DNA from: Lachnospiraceae bacterium
GTDB lineage: Bacteria; Bacillota; Clostridia; Lachnospirales; Lachnospiraceae
DNA: 64,000 nt
Assembly: GCA_024698345.1 (NCBI GenBank)
Contig: JAILRH010000187.1
Location: 443-64,442, forward strand
Direction: 5' to 3'
The notes beneath the pieces are model-generated. The model was not told the origin of the DNA and searched no databases. It saw only the letters and a list, made by a program, of their open reading frames with translations. Shown piece after piece: positions 1-7,447 of the stretch; the first letter of the stretch is position 1, and the number at the start of each line of letters is the position of its first letter. Both the position numbers and the translations under genes were made by a program.

Positions 1-52
1 TGAAGGTTATCCTGGAAGTTCTTCCGCATCAAAGATTTTATTGAAAAGAATA

Positions 53-81
53 TTGATAAATATATTGGTATCTGATATAAT
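53..81 (+). promoter_or_regulatory. sigma-A-type promoter, leader copy A
   Basis: TTGATA (53-58), 17-nt spacer, extended -10 TGaTATAAT (73-81); same architecture recurs at 52302-52330. Confidence 0.6.
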
Positions 82-108
82 ACATATGTATTTATTTTTT
101 TGGTGTTT

Positions 109-216
109 CCTGACATAAGTTAATTGTCAGGGTAGTTTTTTGGTAGACATTATAAGTTTGCCGGTGGTAATTTCATAAGGCATGTATGTTAACAGCTTGA
201 GAAAGCTGTTTTTTTT
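109..216 (+). promoter_or_regulatory. structured 5' leader with three hairpins, the last an intrinsic terminator (copy A)
   Basis: H1 CCTGACA/TGTCAGG 109-131; H2 GGTAGAC/GTTTGCC (two G-U pairs) 142-162; H3 ACAGCTT/AAGCTGT 192-209 plus T-run to 216; then ATGCCC, A-run, GGAGG 230-234, ATG 242. Homologous copy at 52359-52465. Confidence 0.6.
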
Positions 217-241
217 ATGCCCAAAAAAAGGAGGAAGCGCT

Positions 242-409
242 ATGGATAAGATTTTAATTCAAGGTTGCGATCTTGCGGTAGAGGTTGGTGCAAGAGCAAA
301 AGTGTTGGTTAATGGCCAGTGGTTATTAACTAGCAAAGTATTAGAAGTTGTAAGAGCAGGAGCTTATGTTGAGATAACAACAAAGAATCATGTTTATGCA
401 ACTAAGTAG
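242..409 (+). CDS. small hypothetical protein (55 aa)
   Basis: ATG 242 lies 7 nt after GGAGG. The ORF-track start at 182 lies inside the leader terminator, so the start was moved. Confidence 0.5.
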   Translation: MDKILIQGCDLAVEVGARAKVLVNGQWLLTSKVLEVVRAGAYVEITTKNHVYATK

Positions 410-433
410 TCAATCATATCGGCGAGAAAGAAA

Positions 434-471
434 GGAGGAAGGGAGCTGCTAAGCGGCTCCCGATTTTATTT
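434..471 (+). promoter_or_regulatory. SD-hairpin-AUG translation-initiation element (1 of 6)
   Basis: GGAGG 434-438, 2 nt, stem GGGAGCTGC/GCGGCTCCC 441-461 (loop TAA), 10 nt GATTTTATTT, ATG 472. Confidence 0.55.
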
Positions 472-2142
472 ATGAGAATTGAAAAAAGAGAATTAAGAGA
501 ATTTGATTTTTCATTTACTGGATTTACTAATGCAATAGTAAAAACTGCAGAAGCAGTAGAAGAGAACCTGATGTCATACTTTGACAACGATAAACGTATT
601 CAATCGCTTGCCAAGGAGAAGATGGGTAAGGTTGTTAGGTCAGAAAGTGTATTTGTTGGGTTAAAGATAAGTAGATGTTGCGATTCTTTATTTAGCACGC
701 TCCGTTATTTAGCGGCAGCCTGTAAGTATTATAAGAAAGAAGTGATATCATTACTTAATAACGATTTAGATACGCTCAATGGCAGGCTTGCAAAACATGA
801 CATAGAAATAAGTGAATTAGTCGGAAGAGGATTGGAGGCTGATATAGCAAGAAGTAAATCGAAAACAGGTTACACTAAATTATTTTGTGCAGAGATAGTA
901 AAAGATGATGTAATTTACTATCAGTATGGTTCAGATGTTGGAACTAAATCTAAAGCTGTTGAGAGAAGTTGGTGCAGTACGAGTACCGGCGAAGTAGCTC
1001 AGGCAACAGATATAGTTAACCTTGTATGTCTGTGTTTCCTTATTGATGATATTAATAAGGAATTAAAAAAGAGTATATATGAGGATGTAGATTTGTTGAG
1101 TGACTATCTGAGTGTGTATGATATTTATGTATTATACAGGACTTCAAAGCAGGAAGACATATTACCATTTCTTGATTTGCCAATGTTTGGTAGTGATGAT
1201 ATTGCCAAACAGATATTAGGTGAGAAGGCTAGAAACATTAGAATTCTTGATGATAATTATATCAGAATGGTATGTGACAGACATTTTGAGCTTATTCCAC
1301 GAAAAGATACAGTAAGCTTCAAACGGAAGTATGTTGCTGATGATGTAACATTGTTGTACTTCTTAGACAATTATCGGTTTCTGATGAAGATTGACAGAAT
1401 AATTAAGACTTTATGCGTCAGAGCAGAGGCAAGGGAACGAAACTATAAGCATGAGCATACGGTTTCGGGTGATTACGCAAGAAGTTTTCAGACAAAAAAG
1501 AATATTCCAAATGCGACAGTAAAAGCGATGAAAAATTCAAGATTCAATAATTTCTTTGGATTTGTTGAGTTTGATGAGCTTGTCGATTTGAAGAAGATTG
1601 AAGAGATTGAAAAGGAATTTGAAGCTTTCAATCTTTTTTTGTTTGGAGAAAAAGGATTGGTTACTAAGAATGTTGAACTTAGATTCAGACGTCTTGGAAA
1701 TCATAAGGCAGCGGGTTTATATTATCCGTTTTTTAACTGTATCTGTATTGATATTAATAATCCTGGTAGTTTTGTACATGAGTACGGGCACATGCTTGAC
1801 TATACGAATGGCAATGCATCGGAAAAGGCTGAGTTTTACTCGCTTAGAGAATTGTATTGTGATGCAATGAAAAGAGCGGTAAAAGAACAGGATATAAAGC
1901 TTAAGGGTAAATACAATATGGATTACTATTCAACACCTACCGAGGTGTTTGCAAGGTGTTTCGAACTGTATATGTTTTACTGCAGAAAGATGTCAAACAA
2001 TATCTTGAAAGACATCGATGGTTTTGCATATCCAAATGACGAATTGTTTTTGAAACATGTCGATAAGTACTTTACAGCATTCTTTGAGAAATATTCAAAG
2101 AAGGAGAGTATTGGAGGTGAACAGAAATGTGCATCTACATAA
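472..2142 (+). CDS. HExxH zincin-like metallopeptidase-domain protein (556 aa), function unknown
   Basis: Long ORF. C-terminal FVHEYGHMLDY (HExxH) followed by TPTEVFARCFELY, reminiscent of ArdC/SprT-type and polyvalent-protein metallopeptidase modules of mobile elements. Confidence 0.55.
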   Translation: MRIEKRELREFDFSFTGFTNAIVKTAEAVEENLMSYFDNDKRIQSLAKEKMGKVVRSESVFVGLKISRCCDSLFSTLRYLAAACKYYKKEVISLLNNDLDTLNGRLAKHDIEISELVGRGLEADIARSKSKTGYTKLFCAEIVKDDVIYYQYGSDVGTKSKAVERSWCSTSTGEVAQATDIVNLVCLCFLIDDINKELKKSIYEDVDLLSDYLSVYDIYVLYRTSKQEDILPFLDLPMFGSDDIAKQILGEKARNIRILDDNYIRMVCDRHFELIPRKDTVSFKRKYVADDVTLLYFLDNYRFLMKIDRIIKTLCVRAEARERNYKHEHTVSGDYARSFQTKKNIPNATVKAMKNSRFNNFFGFVEFDELVDLKKIEEIEKEFEAFNLFLFGEKGLVTKNVELRFRRLGNHKAAGLYYPFFNCICIDINNPGSFVHEYGHMLDYTNGNASEKAEFYSLRELYCDAMKRAVKEQDIKLKGKYNMDYYSTPTEVFARCFELYMFYCRKMSNNILKDIDGFAYPNDELFLKHVDKYFTAFFEKYSKKESIGGEQKCAST

Positions 2143-2320
2143 TTGATAAAGAAACGAGAGAAACATATTCGTGTATTGATGAAGAAAAAGCCATAAACAC
2201 TGTACGTATATTGGCAGATTCAAAAGAAGAAGCGCAAGAGCAGTTGGAAATAATTGGTGATTTTGACCGATTGTTTGAAAAAGCATTTGAATTCAGGATT
2301 TAAAAAGGAGGACGGTTATT

Positions 2321-2947
2321 ATGTTAAATAACTCATATATACATTGTTTAATGGGAGGCAGTATCAAACTTAATGAGAGCGATATTGTAAAAATTGATGG
2401 TATTAATTTATGTGCGGGAGTAAAGTATGGAGTTCCATATGAATACCGCATTTATAAGTCATTGAGAATAGAAATTAAAAGGGATGGGAGAGATTTTACT
2501 CCTATTTTAGAGAGTGATGCAACCTATGTGGAACTTGAAGGTATCCTGTATAGTATGCCAATGAATAAGGGAAGTGATTTCAGAAATATTGATATTGCTA
2601 ACCAGAGGGTATTGTTTGAAGAAGATGCGGTAATAATTGAAGCACACAACATGGTAAATGATTGGTATATGCCAACATGCTTCAGAGAAAAATTACCGTT
2701 TCAGATCTATAACAAGCAGATATTCCTTAGTGGACATACTAATGCAGCGGCAAGTGTACGGAAAGTTAAAGGTAAGTTCGAAGTGATAGTGCTTGATAAA
2801 TTACAGGAATATGAACTTGAAAAACTTGGATTGCTTGAAAGTGGTAACAAAGTGCAGAAAGAATTACGTGCTTGGTATCCCGAGGTAATGGTTACTGAAA
2901 TTAGAAGGAGGATTGACAATGAATTCAGAAAATACAGTTATGTATAG
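2321..2947 (+). CDS. hypothetical protein (208 aa)
   Basis: ORF with AAGGAGGA 8 nt upstream of ATG 2321; no motif recognised. Confidence 0.6.
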   Translation: MLNNSYIHCLMGGSIKLNESDIVKIDGINLCAGVKYGVPYEYRIYKSLRIEIKRDGRDFTPILESDATYVELEGILYSMPMNKGSDFRNIDIANQRVLFEEDAVIIEAHNMVNDWYMPTCFREKLPFQIYNKQIFLSGHTNAAASVRKVKGKFEVIVLDKLQEYELEKLGLLESGNKVQKELRAWYPEVMVTEIRRRIDNEFRKYSYV

Positions 2948-3983
2948 TTACAAATGTATGCACAGACCTCCTTCACCGGGAGCTGTGCCAAAGGACGGAC
3001 TTGTAGATGTTAAGGATTTTGACATGCGTGATGAAAGTGGTTGTTACGGAGAGGTTGTTTACAATCGTGCTTTATCAAATAAAGAAGTTTGCGATTACGA
3101 ACTGGAGCCTTTGAAGGAAAAACCAAAAAATATGATGTTTATCAATGCTAAAAAGAGTGATGTAGACAATGCCGTTAAGAGAATTATATGTACAAAGGGT
3201 TTCGGTGAAAACTGCGACTGTGACGCATGTAAAGCTTATGATAACGGTGTTAATCCTGATGTGCTGATAATAGATTGTAAGAATGATGAGCTTGGTGTTT
3301 CTGATTTTAGAGATAAGCTTAAGCATTTTTATTTCAAATCTATTAATATGTCGGCAAATAAGGTGTTGCTTATTGATGGTGCTGATGAATTATCAGATAA
3401 AAAGCAGAACGCATTGCTTAAATTTATTGAGGATTATAACGATAAGGCTGTATTGATTGCTATGGCTGGTGAAGAGAAGAGAGTTCTTAAAACCGTCAGA
3501 TCAAGAGTTTTTGTTAAGAGGTATTCAAGTATACTTGCTTATACTGATTTTTGTGAATACTGCAAGGATAAGGCTATTGATAAGGCAAATATTTATTACC
3601 TTCTTACTGATGGTGATGTAAATGAAATCAAGTCAGTTAATAACGTTGAAATCTATTCAAATCTTATATTGGCAGTAGCAGGGAAGAATGTTGCTGATTA
3701 TTTCAATCTCTTACATATATCCAAAGAAAAGGATAAAGAAGTGATTGTTAATGACAGAAGCAGCATTTTGATGTGTTACAGGCTTATAAGAAATGTACTG
3801 CTCGATTGTTTTCTTGGGAAAATGAATAAAGAGCATATTCTTACAGTTGAAGGTACTGTTTGGAAAACAAAAGAACTTGCAAACAAGATTGTTGAGCTTG
3901 ATCTTGAAATTGAGAAGGTTAGGAACACTAACTCGTACAAAGCGAAGGAGTTTCAGAGCTTCTCGATTAACCTTTTTAGTTAA
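2919..3983 (+). CDS. holB: DNA polymerase III delta'-like clamp-loader subunit with about 70-aa N-terminal extension
   Basis: ATG 2919 lies 7 nt after GGAGG. No P-loop. Zinc module CDCDAC. KVLLIDGADELSDKKQNALLKFIEDYN (cf. ANALLKTLEEP). TVRSRVF (cf. TIxSRC sensor motif). Confidence 0.65.
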   Translation: MNSENTVMYSYKCMHRPPSPGAVPKDGLVDVKDFDMRDESGCYGEVVYNRALSNKEVCDYELEPLKEKPKNMMFINAKKSDVDNAVKRIICTKGFGENCDCDACKAYDNGVNPDVLIIDCKNDELGVSDFRDKLKHFYFKSINMSANKVLLIDGADELSDKKQNALLKFIEDYNDKAVLIAMAGEEKRVLKTVRSRVFVKRYSSILAYTDFCEYCKDKAIDKANIYYLLTDGDVNEIKSVNNVEIYSNLILAVAGKNVADYFNLLHISKEKDKEVIVNDRSSILMCYRLIRNVLLDCFLGKMNKEHILTVEGTVWKTKELANKIVELDLEIEKVRNTNSYKAKEFQSFSINLFS

Positions 3984-4021
3984 TTAGTTAGATAGTGTAT
4001 TATTTTTTAAATTTAAAAGAA

Positions 4022-4055
4022 GGAGGAAGATGTTTATATAACATCGATGTGTATT
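4022..4055 (+). promoter_or_regulatory. SD-hairpin-AUG translation-initiation element (2 of 6)
   Basis: GGAGG 4022-4026, 2 nt, stem GATGTT/AACATC 4029-4045 (loop TATAT), 10 nt, ATG 4056. Confidence 0.5.
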
Positions 4056-4385
4056 ATGAAGAAAGGTTTGAAATTATATAATATTTATTTAGAAAAAGAG
4101 GAGGAAGTATTATTTCGTATCGGAAACTATGACAGCAACGGAAACACATATGTACAGATGATTGGAGCAGATGGAGAGCCTTACGGAGATCTTACTGTTA
4201 ATTTTGAAACATTGAATGACGAGAGAAAGGCTTATATTGATACAAATAATAATCCAGGTATCTTGAAGTTCATTGAAGATAACGAGTTGGGTTTTTGGTT
4301 TGGTCTTGAAAAACAGAGTAATTTTTGTACGTATCCTCTTTATTATTTGGATCTTGAGGAAATTAAAAAATATGTTGTTGAATAG
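4056..4385 (+). CDS. small hypothetical protein (about 109 aa)
   Basis: ORF-track start is 4047. ATG 4056 is preferred by analogy with the fixed 10-nt hairpin-to-AUG spacing at five other genes. Confidence 0.6.
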   Translation: MKKGLKLYNIYLEKEEEVLFRIGNYDSNGNTYVQMIGADGEPYGDLTVNFETLNDERKAYIDTNNNPGILKFIEDNELGFWFGLEKQSNFCTYPLYYLDLEEIKKYVVE

Positions 4386-4397
4386 GAGGAAATGCGA

Positions 4398-5744
4398 ATG
4401 TTATACAACGAAGACAGGCCCTTAAGTCTTGATGAGCTTAGAGGGCATGAGATAAATAAACAAATATTTAGAAGTCAGCTGAAAAATCAGAAGTTTGGAC
4501 ATGCCTATCTGTTTGCCGGACACCATGGCTCCGGTAAAACTACGGTGGCTAGAATTTTTGGACGTGCAGCAGTGTGTGAACATCCAACGGAGAATGGTCC
4601 TTGTATGGAGTGCGAAGCCTGTAAGAGATTTGGTTCATCAATTGACTTTGTTGAGATTGATGCAGCATCAAATACGGGTGTAGATGCCATAAGAGATAAG
4701 GTTATCGAAGCTGTTAAGTACAAGCCGGCAGAATTAAAAAAGAAAATAATTCTTATTGATGAGGTTCATATGCTTTCAACTAGTGCATTCAATGCATTGT
4801 TAAAGACAGTAGAAGAACCGCCGGAGAATGTAATTATTTTTCTTTGTACAACCGAGCTTAATAAAGTTCCAAAAACTATTGTTTCAAGGTGTCAGAAATT
4901 CATTTTCGAGGGGATTCCTCAAAATGAAATTGAAGATGGGGTTTTTGATTCGGCAAAAAAGCATGGAATTGATATTGAACCTGACGCAGTAAGGCTTATT
5001 GCTAAGATTGCTGATGGGTCAATGAGAGATGCTCTTTCTTTGTTGGAACAGGCTTCATCAAGCGGCACTGTTACAGAGTCAATGGTTGCTGAAATGACAG
5101 GCTATGGTTCGGCTATAGCAGTAGAGAGTATTCTTGATGGATATGTGAATGCTGATTACGATTTGATGTTTCAAGGTGTTGAAGAGTTCTTAAGAACGAG
5201 CAGTGTTAATACTCTTATTGAAGCTTTGATGGAAAAACTGATTGACAGAATTGTTACACATGATGGTGTCGATTACATTCCTTTAGTAAACGGATTGTCG
5301 GAAATTAAAGGAAAAAATGTTAGTCAGGCAGCAATTAAGGTGGTTTTATATAAGGTTGGCTGTGAGGAGTCTAAAATAGCTGCTCTTGAAAAGAGAGTGA
5401 GCGAACTTGAAGAAGCATTGAAGAACGGAGTTGTTATTAGCAGTGATAGTGCTGAGGTTGTGACAGAAGATGTTCCAAGCAAAGTAGCAAACGAAGGTGT
5501 AAATGACGTTTCTGGGGCAGAAAGTGAAGCCAAGGGAACAAATACACCGGATAAGGATGAACGTAGCGAAGATGAGCTGTTAGAGGCGCTTAATGCTGCG
5601 GGATTTAGTGATGTTACAGTAGCGGAAGAAAATCCTTTTGAGGAACCAGTAGAAGTACCTGTTGTAAAGGAAGAAAAGGTTGTAGAAAAGAAGAAAGAAC
5701 CTGAAACTAAATTTCCGGGTTTTTCTTCACCCTGGGATTGGTAG
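4398..5744 (+). CDS. dnaX: DNA polymerase III gamma/tau subunit
   Basis: Walker A GHHGSGKTT, zinc module CMECEACKRF, Walker B ILIDEVHML, sensor TIVSRCQKF, acidic/Lys-rich C-terminal tail. ATG 4398 is 8 nt from GGAGG; the ORF-track ATG 4392 is only 2 nt away. Confidence 0.9.
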   Translation: MLYNEDRPLSLDELRGHEINKQIFRSQLKNQKFGHAYLFAGHHGSGKTTVARIFGRAAVCEHPTENGPCMECEACKRFGSSIDFVEIDAASNTGVDAIRDKVIEAVKYKPAELKKKIILIDEVHMLSTSAFNALLKTVEEPPENVIIFLCTTELNKVPKTIVSRCQKFIFEGIPQNEIEDGVFDSAKKHGIDIEPDAVRLIAKIADGSMRDALSLLEQASSSGTVTESMVAEMTGYGSAIAVESILDGYVNADYDLMFQGVEEFLRTSSVNTLIEALMEKLIDRIVTHDGVDYIPLVNGLSEIKGKNVSQAAIKVVLYKVGCEESKIAALEKRVSELEEALKNGVVISSDSAEVVTEDVPSKVANEGVNDVSGAESEAKGTNTPDKDERSEDELLEALNAAGFSDVTVAEENPFEEPVEVPVVKEEKVVEKKKEPETKFPGFSSPWDW

Positions 5745-5766
5745 TCTAAAAGGCTACCAGGATAAG

Positions 5767-5952
5767 TTGGCTTTATTGGTTGAAGATGCGGCTTTCCTTA
5801 AGCCTTTGGTTAAAAGATTGCGATACAAACAAGATAAAGAAGGAAATATTCATATTTGTGCACGATACAGATGTGTTGCAGAGATGATTAATCTTTTTGA
5901 TGTTTCAGAAATCGGAATTGACAAAATCGAGGTTGATGAAAGCCTGTTTTGA
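5767..5952 (+). CDS. doubtful small ORF (61 aa, TTG start, no SD)
   Basis: Only an open frame with protein-like composition between dnaX and the next SD-hairpin element. Confidence 0.25.
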   Translation: MALLVEDAAFLKPLVKRLRYKQDKEGNIHICARYRCVAEMINLFDVSEIGIDKIEVDESLF

Positions 5953-5965
5953 TATTTGTAAGAAA

Positions 5966-6003
5966 GGAGGACGGAGATACATTTTGTATCTCCTATATTT
6001 ATT
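5966..6003 (+). promoter_or_regulatory. SD-hairpin-AUG translation-initiation element (3 of 6)
   Basis: GGAGG 5966-5970, 2 nt, stem GGAGATAC/GTATCTCC 5973-5993 (loop ATTTT), 10 nt TATATTTATT, ATG 6004. Confidence 0.55.
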
Positions 6004-6354
6004 ATGAGTTTAATGGATATTATTTTTGGTTTAATGGAAAAAGCAGTGAATGCATATCATCATTCAGTCTATGTCAGAACAGACGTGGGCGGTGCTTACG
6101 AAGTATTCTTCTGGTTTAGCTTAATTGCTTTTGAGTGTATTGGTTTTACATATCTTGATGGATTCAAGAAAAGAGATGAGGTCTGGACCGTAATCATTTG
6201 TGTGTTATGGTGGCCGGCTTTAATTATTGGATTTACATACAGGAAGGCTGTACATGCAGTACATGATGCTTTACTTAAGTATGTTACAAAGCGAAAGAGA
6301 AGAAATGTAAGAAAATACAGAAAGGTAGGAAGCAGAAGTTATGCTGGAGAATAA
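6004..6354 (+). CDS. small membrane protein with basic tail (116 aa)
   Basis: Two to three hydrophobic helices (FFWFSLIAFECIGFTYL, VIICVLWWPALIIGFTY) then KRKRRNVRKYRK. Confidence 0.55.
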   Translation: MSLMDIIFGLMEKAVNAYHHSVYVRTDVGGAYEVFFWFSLIAFECIGFTYLDGFKKRDEVWTVIICVLWWPALIIGFTYRKAVHAVHDALLKYVTKRKRRNVRKYRKVGSRSYAGE

Positions 6355-7393
6355 TTTTTATCAGAGTACACAGAATATAGCGAAGGCGGGTGCTTACTAT
6401 ACAGATCTTGCACATTGTGCAAGACTTTCACAGGCATTTAATTGGCCTGAAGGGGAAGTGTCCGTTTTAGAGCCTAGTGCTGGAGATGGTGCAGCAGTTA
6501 TTGAGATAACAAATAATTGCGACAAGCCTAAAATTTTTGCTGTTGAGCTTCGTACAGAAGCATTCAGAGAGCTGAAAAATAATAGCAATATAACATGTGC
6601 TATAAATTGTGATTTTTTACAGGCGAAAATTTCAAATAATGTGTTTTCGTTTATGTTTGCAAATCCACCATATATAAACGGTATGGACGGAAGAATGGAA
6701 GTAGAGTTTTTACAACGTTCGACAAGATATATCGCGGAGGATGGAATTATAGTGTATGTAGTTCCTTATTCAGTGGCTACCAGTCGTGAATACTTGAGCT
6801 TTTTGCTTAGAAATTACAAAGTGATTCATGCGTTTCGTTTTGATGAAGCAGAGTATGAGAAGTATAAGCAGATAGTATTTATTGCTAGGAAGGTAAAGAA
6901 TGAGGGAATAGAGGAAGAGCTTCAAAGATATATGGCAATGAGAAAAGAAGATTTTCCATTGATTCCGGAGGTTTGGACTGATGAATACGAACTTGTTGAT
7001 GTAGAAGAAAGCCCTGAAAGTAAAATAGTTTACTTTTCGTCAAAGGAATTCAATAGGGAGGAAGCTTTTATTGATTTGTGTGAATGTGAGCCTCAGAAGA
7101 AAAATTTGGATGCCTTGAGTATCAAAGCATTTTCTGCTAATGATATGGGACGTCCACCGGTAATGCCTAATCAGAATGTGTTGTATTTACTTTCGACACT
7201 CGGTTGTGGTTCGGGTATTACTGGATCAGAAGATAATATGGATATTCATTTACAGCGAGGTAATGCAAGAATATGCGAGTATTCATTTGAAGAGGTTAAC
7301 GAAAAGGGTAATGTTGAAGCTGTTACTCAGAGGAGTACTAAAGTATCTGTAACGATATTGGAAAATGACGGGACATTTACAGTGCTTGAATAA
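6341..7393 (+). CDS. N6-adenine DNA methyltransferase (orphan)
   Basis: Motif I VLEPSAGDGA and motif IV FANPPY; no restriction endonuclease gene adjacent. Confidence 0.8.
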   Translation: MLENNFYQSTQNIAKAGAYYTDLAHCARLSQAFNWPEGEVSVLEPSAGDGAAVIEITNNCDKPKIFAVELRTEAFRELKNNSNITCAINCDFLQAKISNNVFSFMFANPPYINGMDGRMEVEFLQRSTRYIAEDGIIVYVVPYSVATSREYLSFLLRNYKVIHAFRFDEAEYEKYKQIVFIARKVKNEGIEEELQRYMAMRKEDFPLIPEVWTDEYELVDVEESPESKIVYFSSKEFNREEAFIDLCECEPQKKNLDALSIKAFSANDMGRPPVMPNQNVLYLLSTLGCGSGITGSEDNMDIHLQRGNARICEYSFEEVNEKGNVEAVTQRSTKVSVTILENDGTFTVLE

Positions 7394-7407
7394 TAAATAT
7401 TAAAGAA

Positions 7408-7447
7408 GGAGGAAAGGAGTCGCATTTTGCGGCTCCTGATTTGTGAA
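7408..7447 (+). promoter_or_regulatory. SD-hairpin-AUG translation-initiation element (4 of 6)
   Basis: GGAGG 7408-7412, 3 nt, stem GGAGTCGC/GCGGCTCC 7416-7436 (loop ATTTT, one G-U), 11 nt, ATG 7448. Confidence 0.55.

Noticed and set aside
1598-1870. Nested + strand ORFs in alternative frames (1598-1870, 4495-4683, 12476-12721, 21675-22013, 23387-23572, 53920-54171, 54320-54547, 61388-61648)
   Set aside because: They are embedded in well-supported longer genes, with no SD and no recognisable motifs.
5686-5952. Possible programmed frameshift joining dnaX to the downstream 61-aa frame, by analogy with E. coli tau/gamma
   Set aside because: The downstream frame is +1 relative to dnaX. The only slippery-looking heptamer (G GGT TTT, about 5717-5723) would shift -1 into a frame that stops after about 10 codons. 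No supporting stimulatory structure is present. The 61-aa ORF is kept only as a low-confidence feature.
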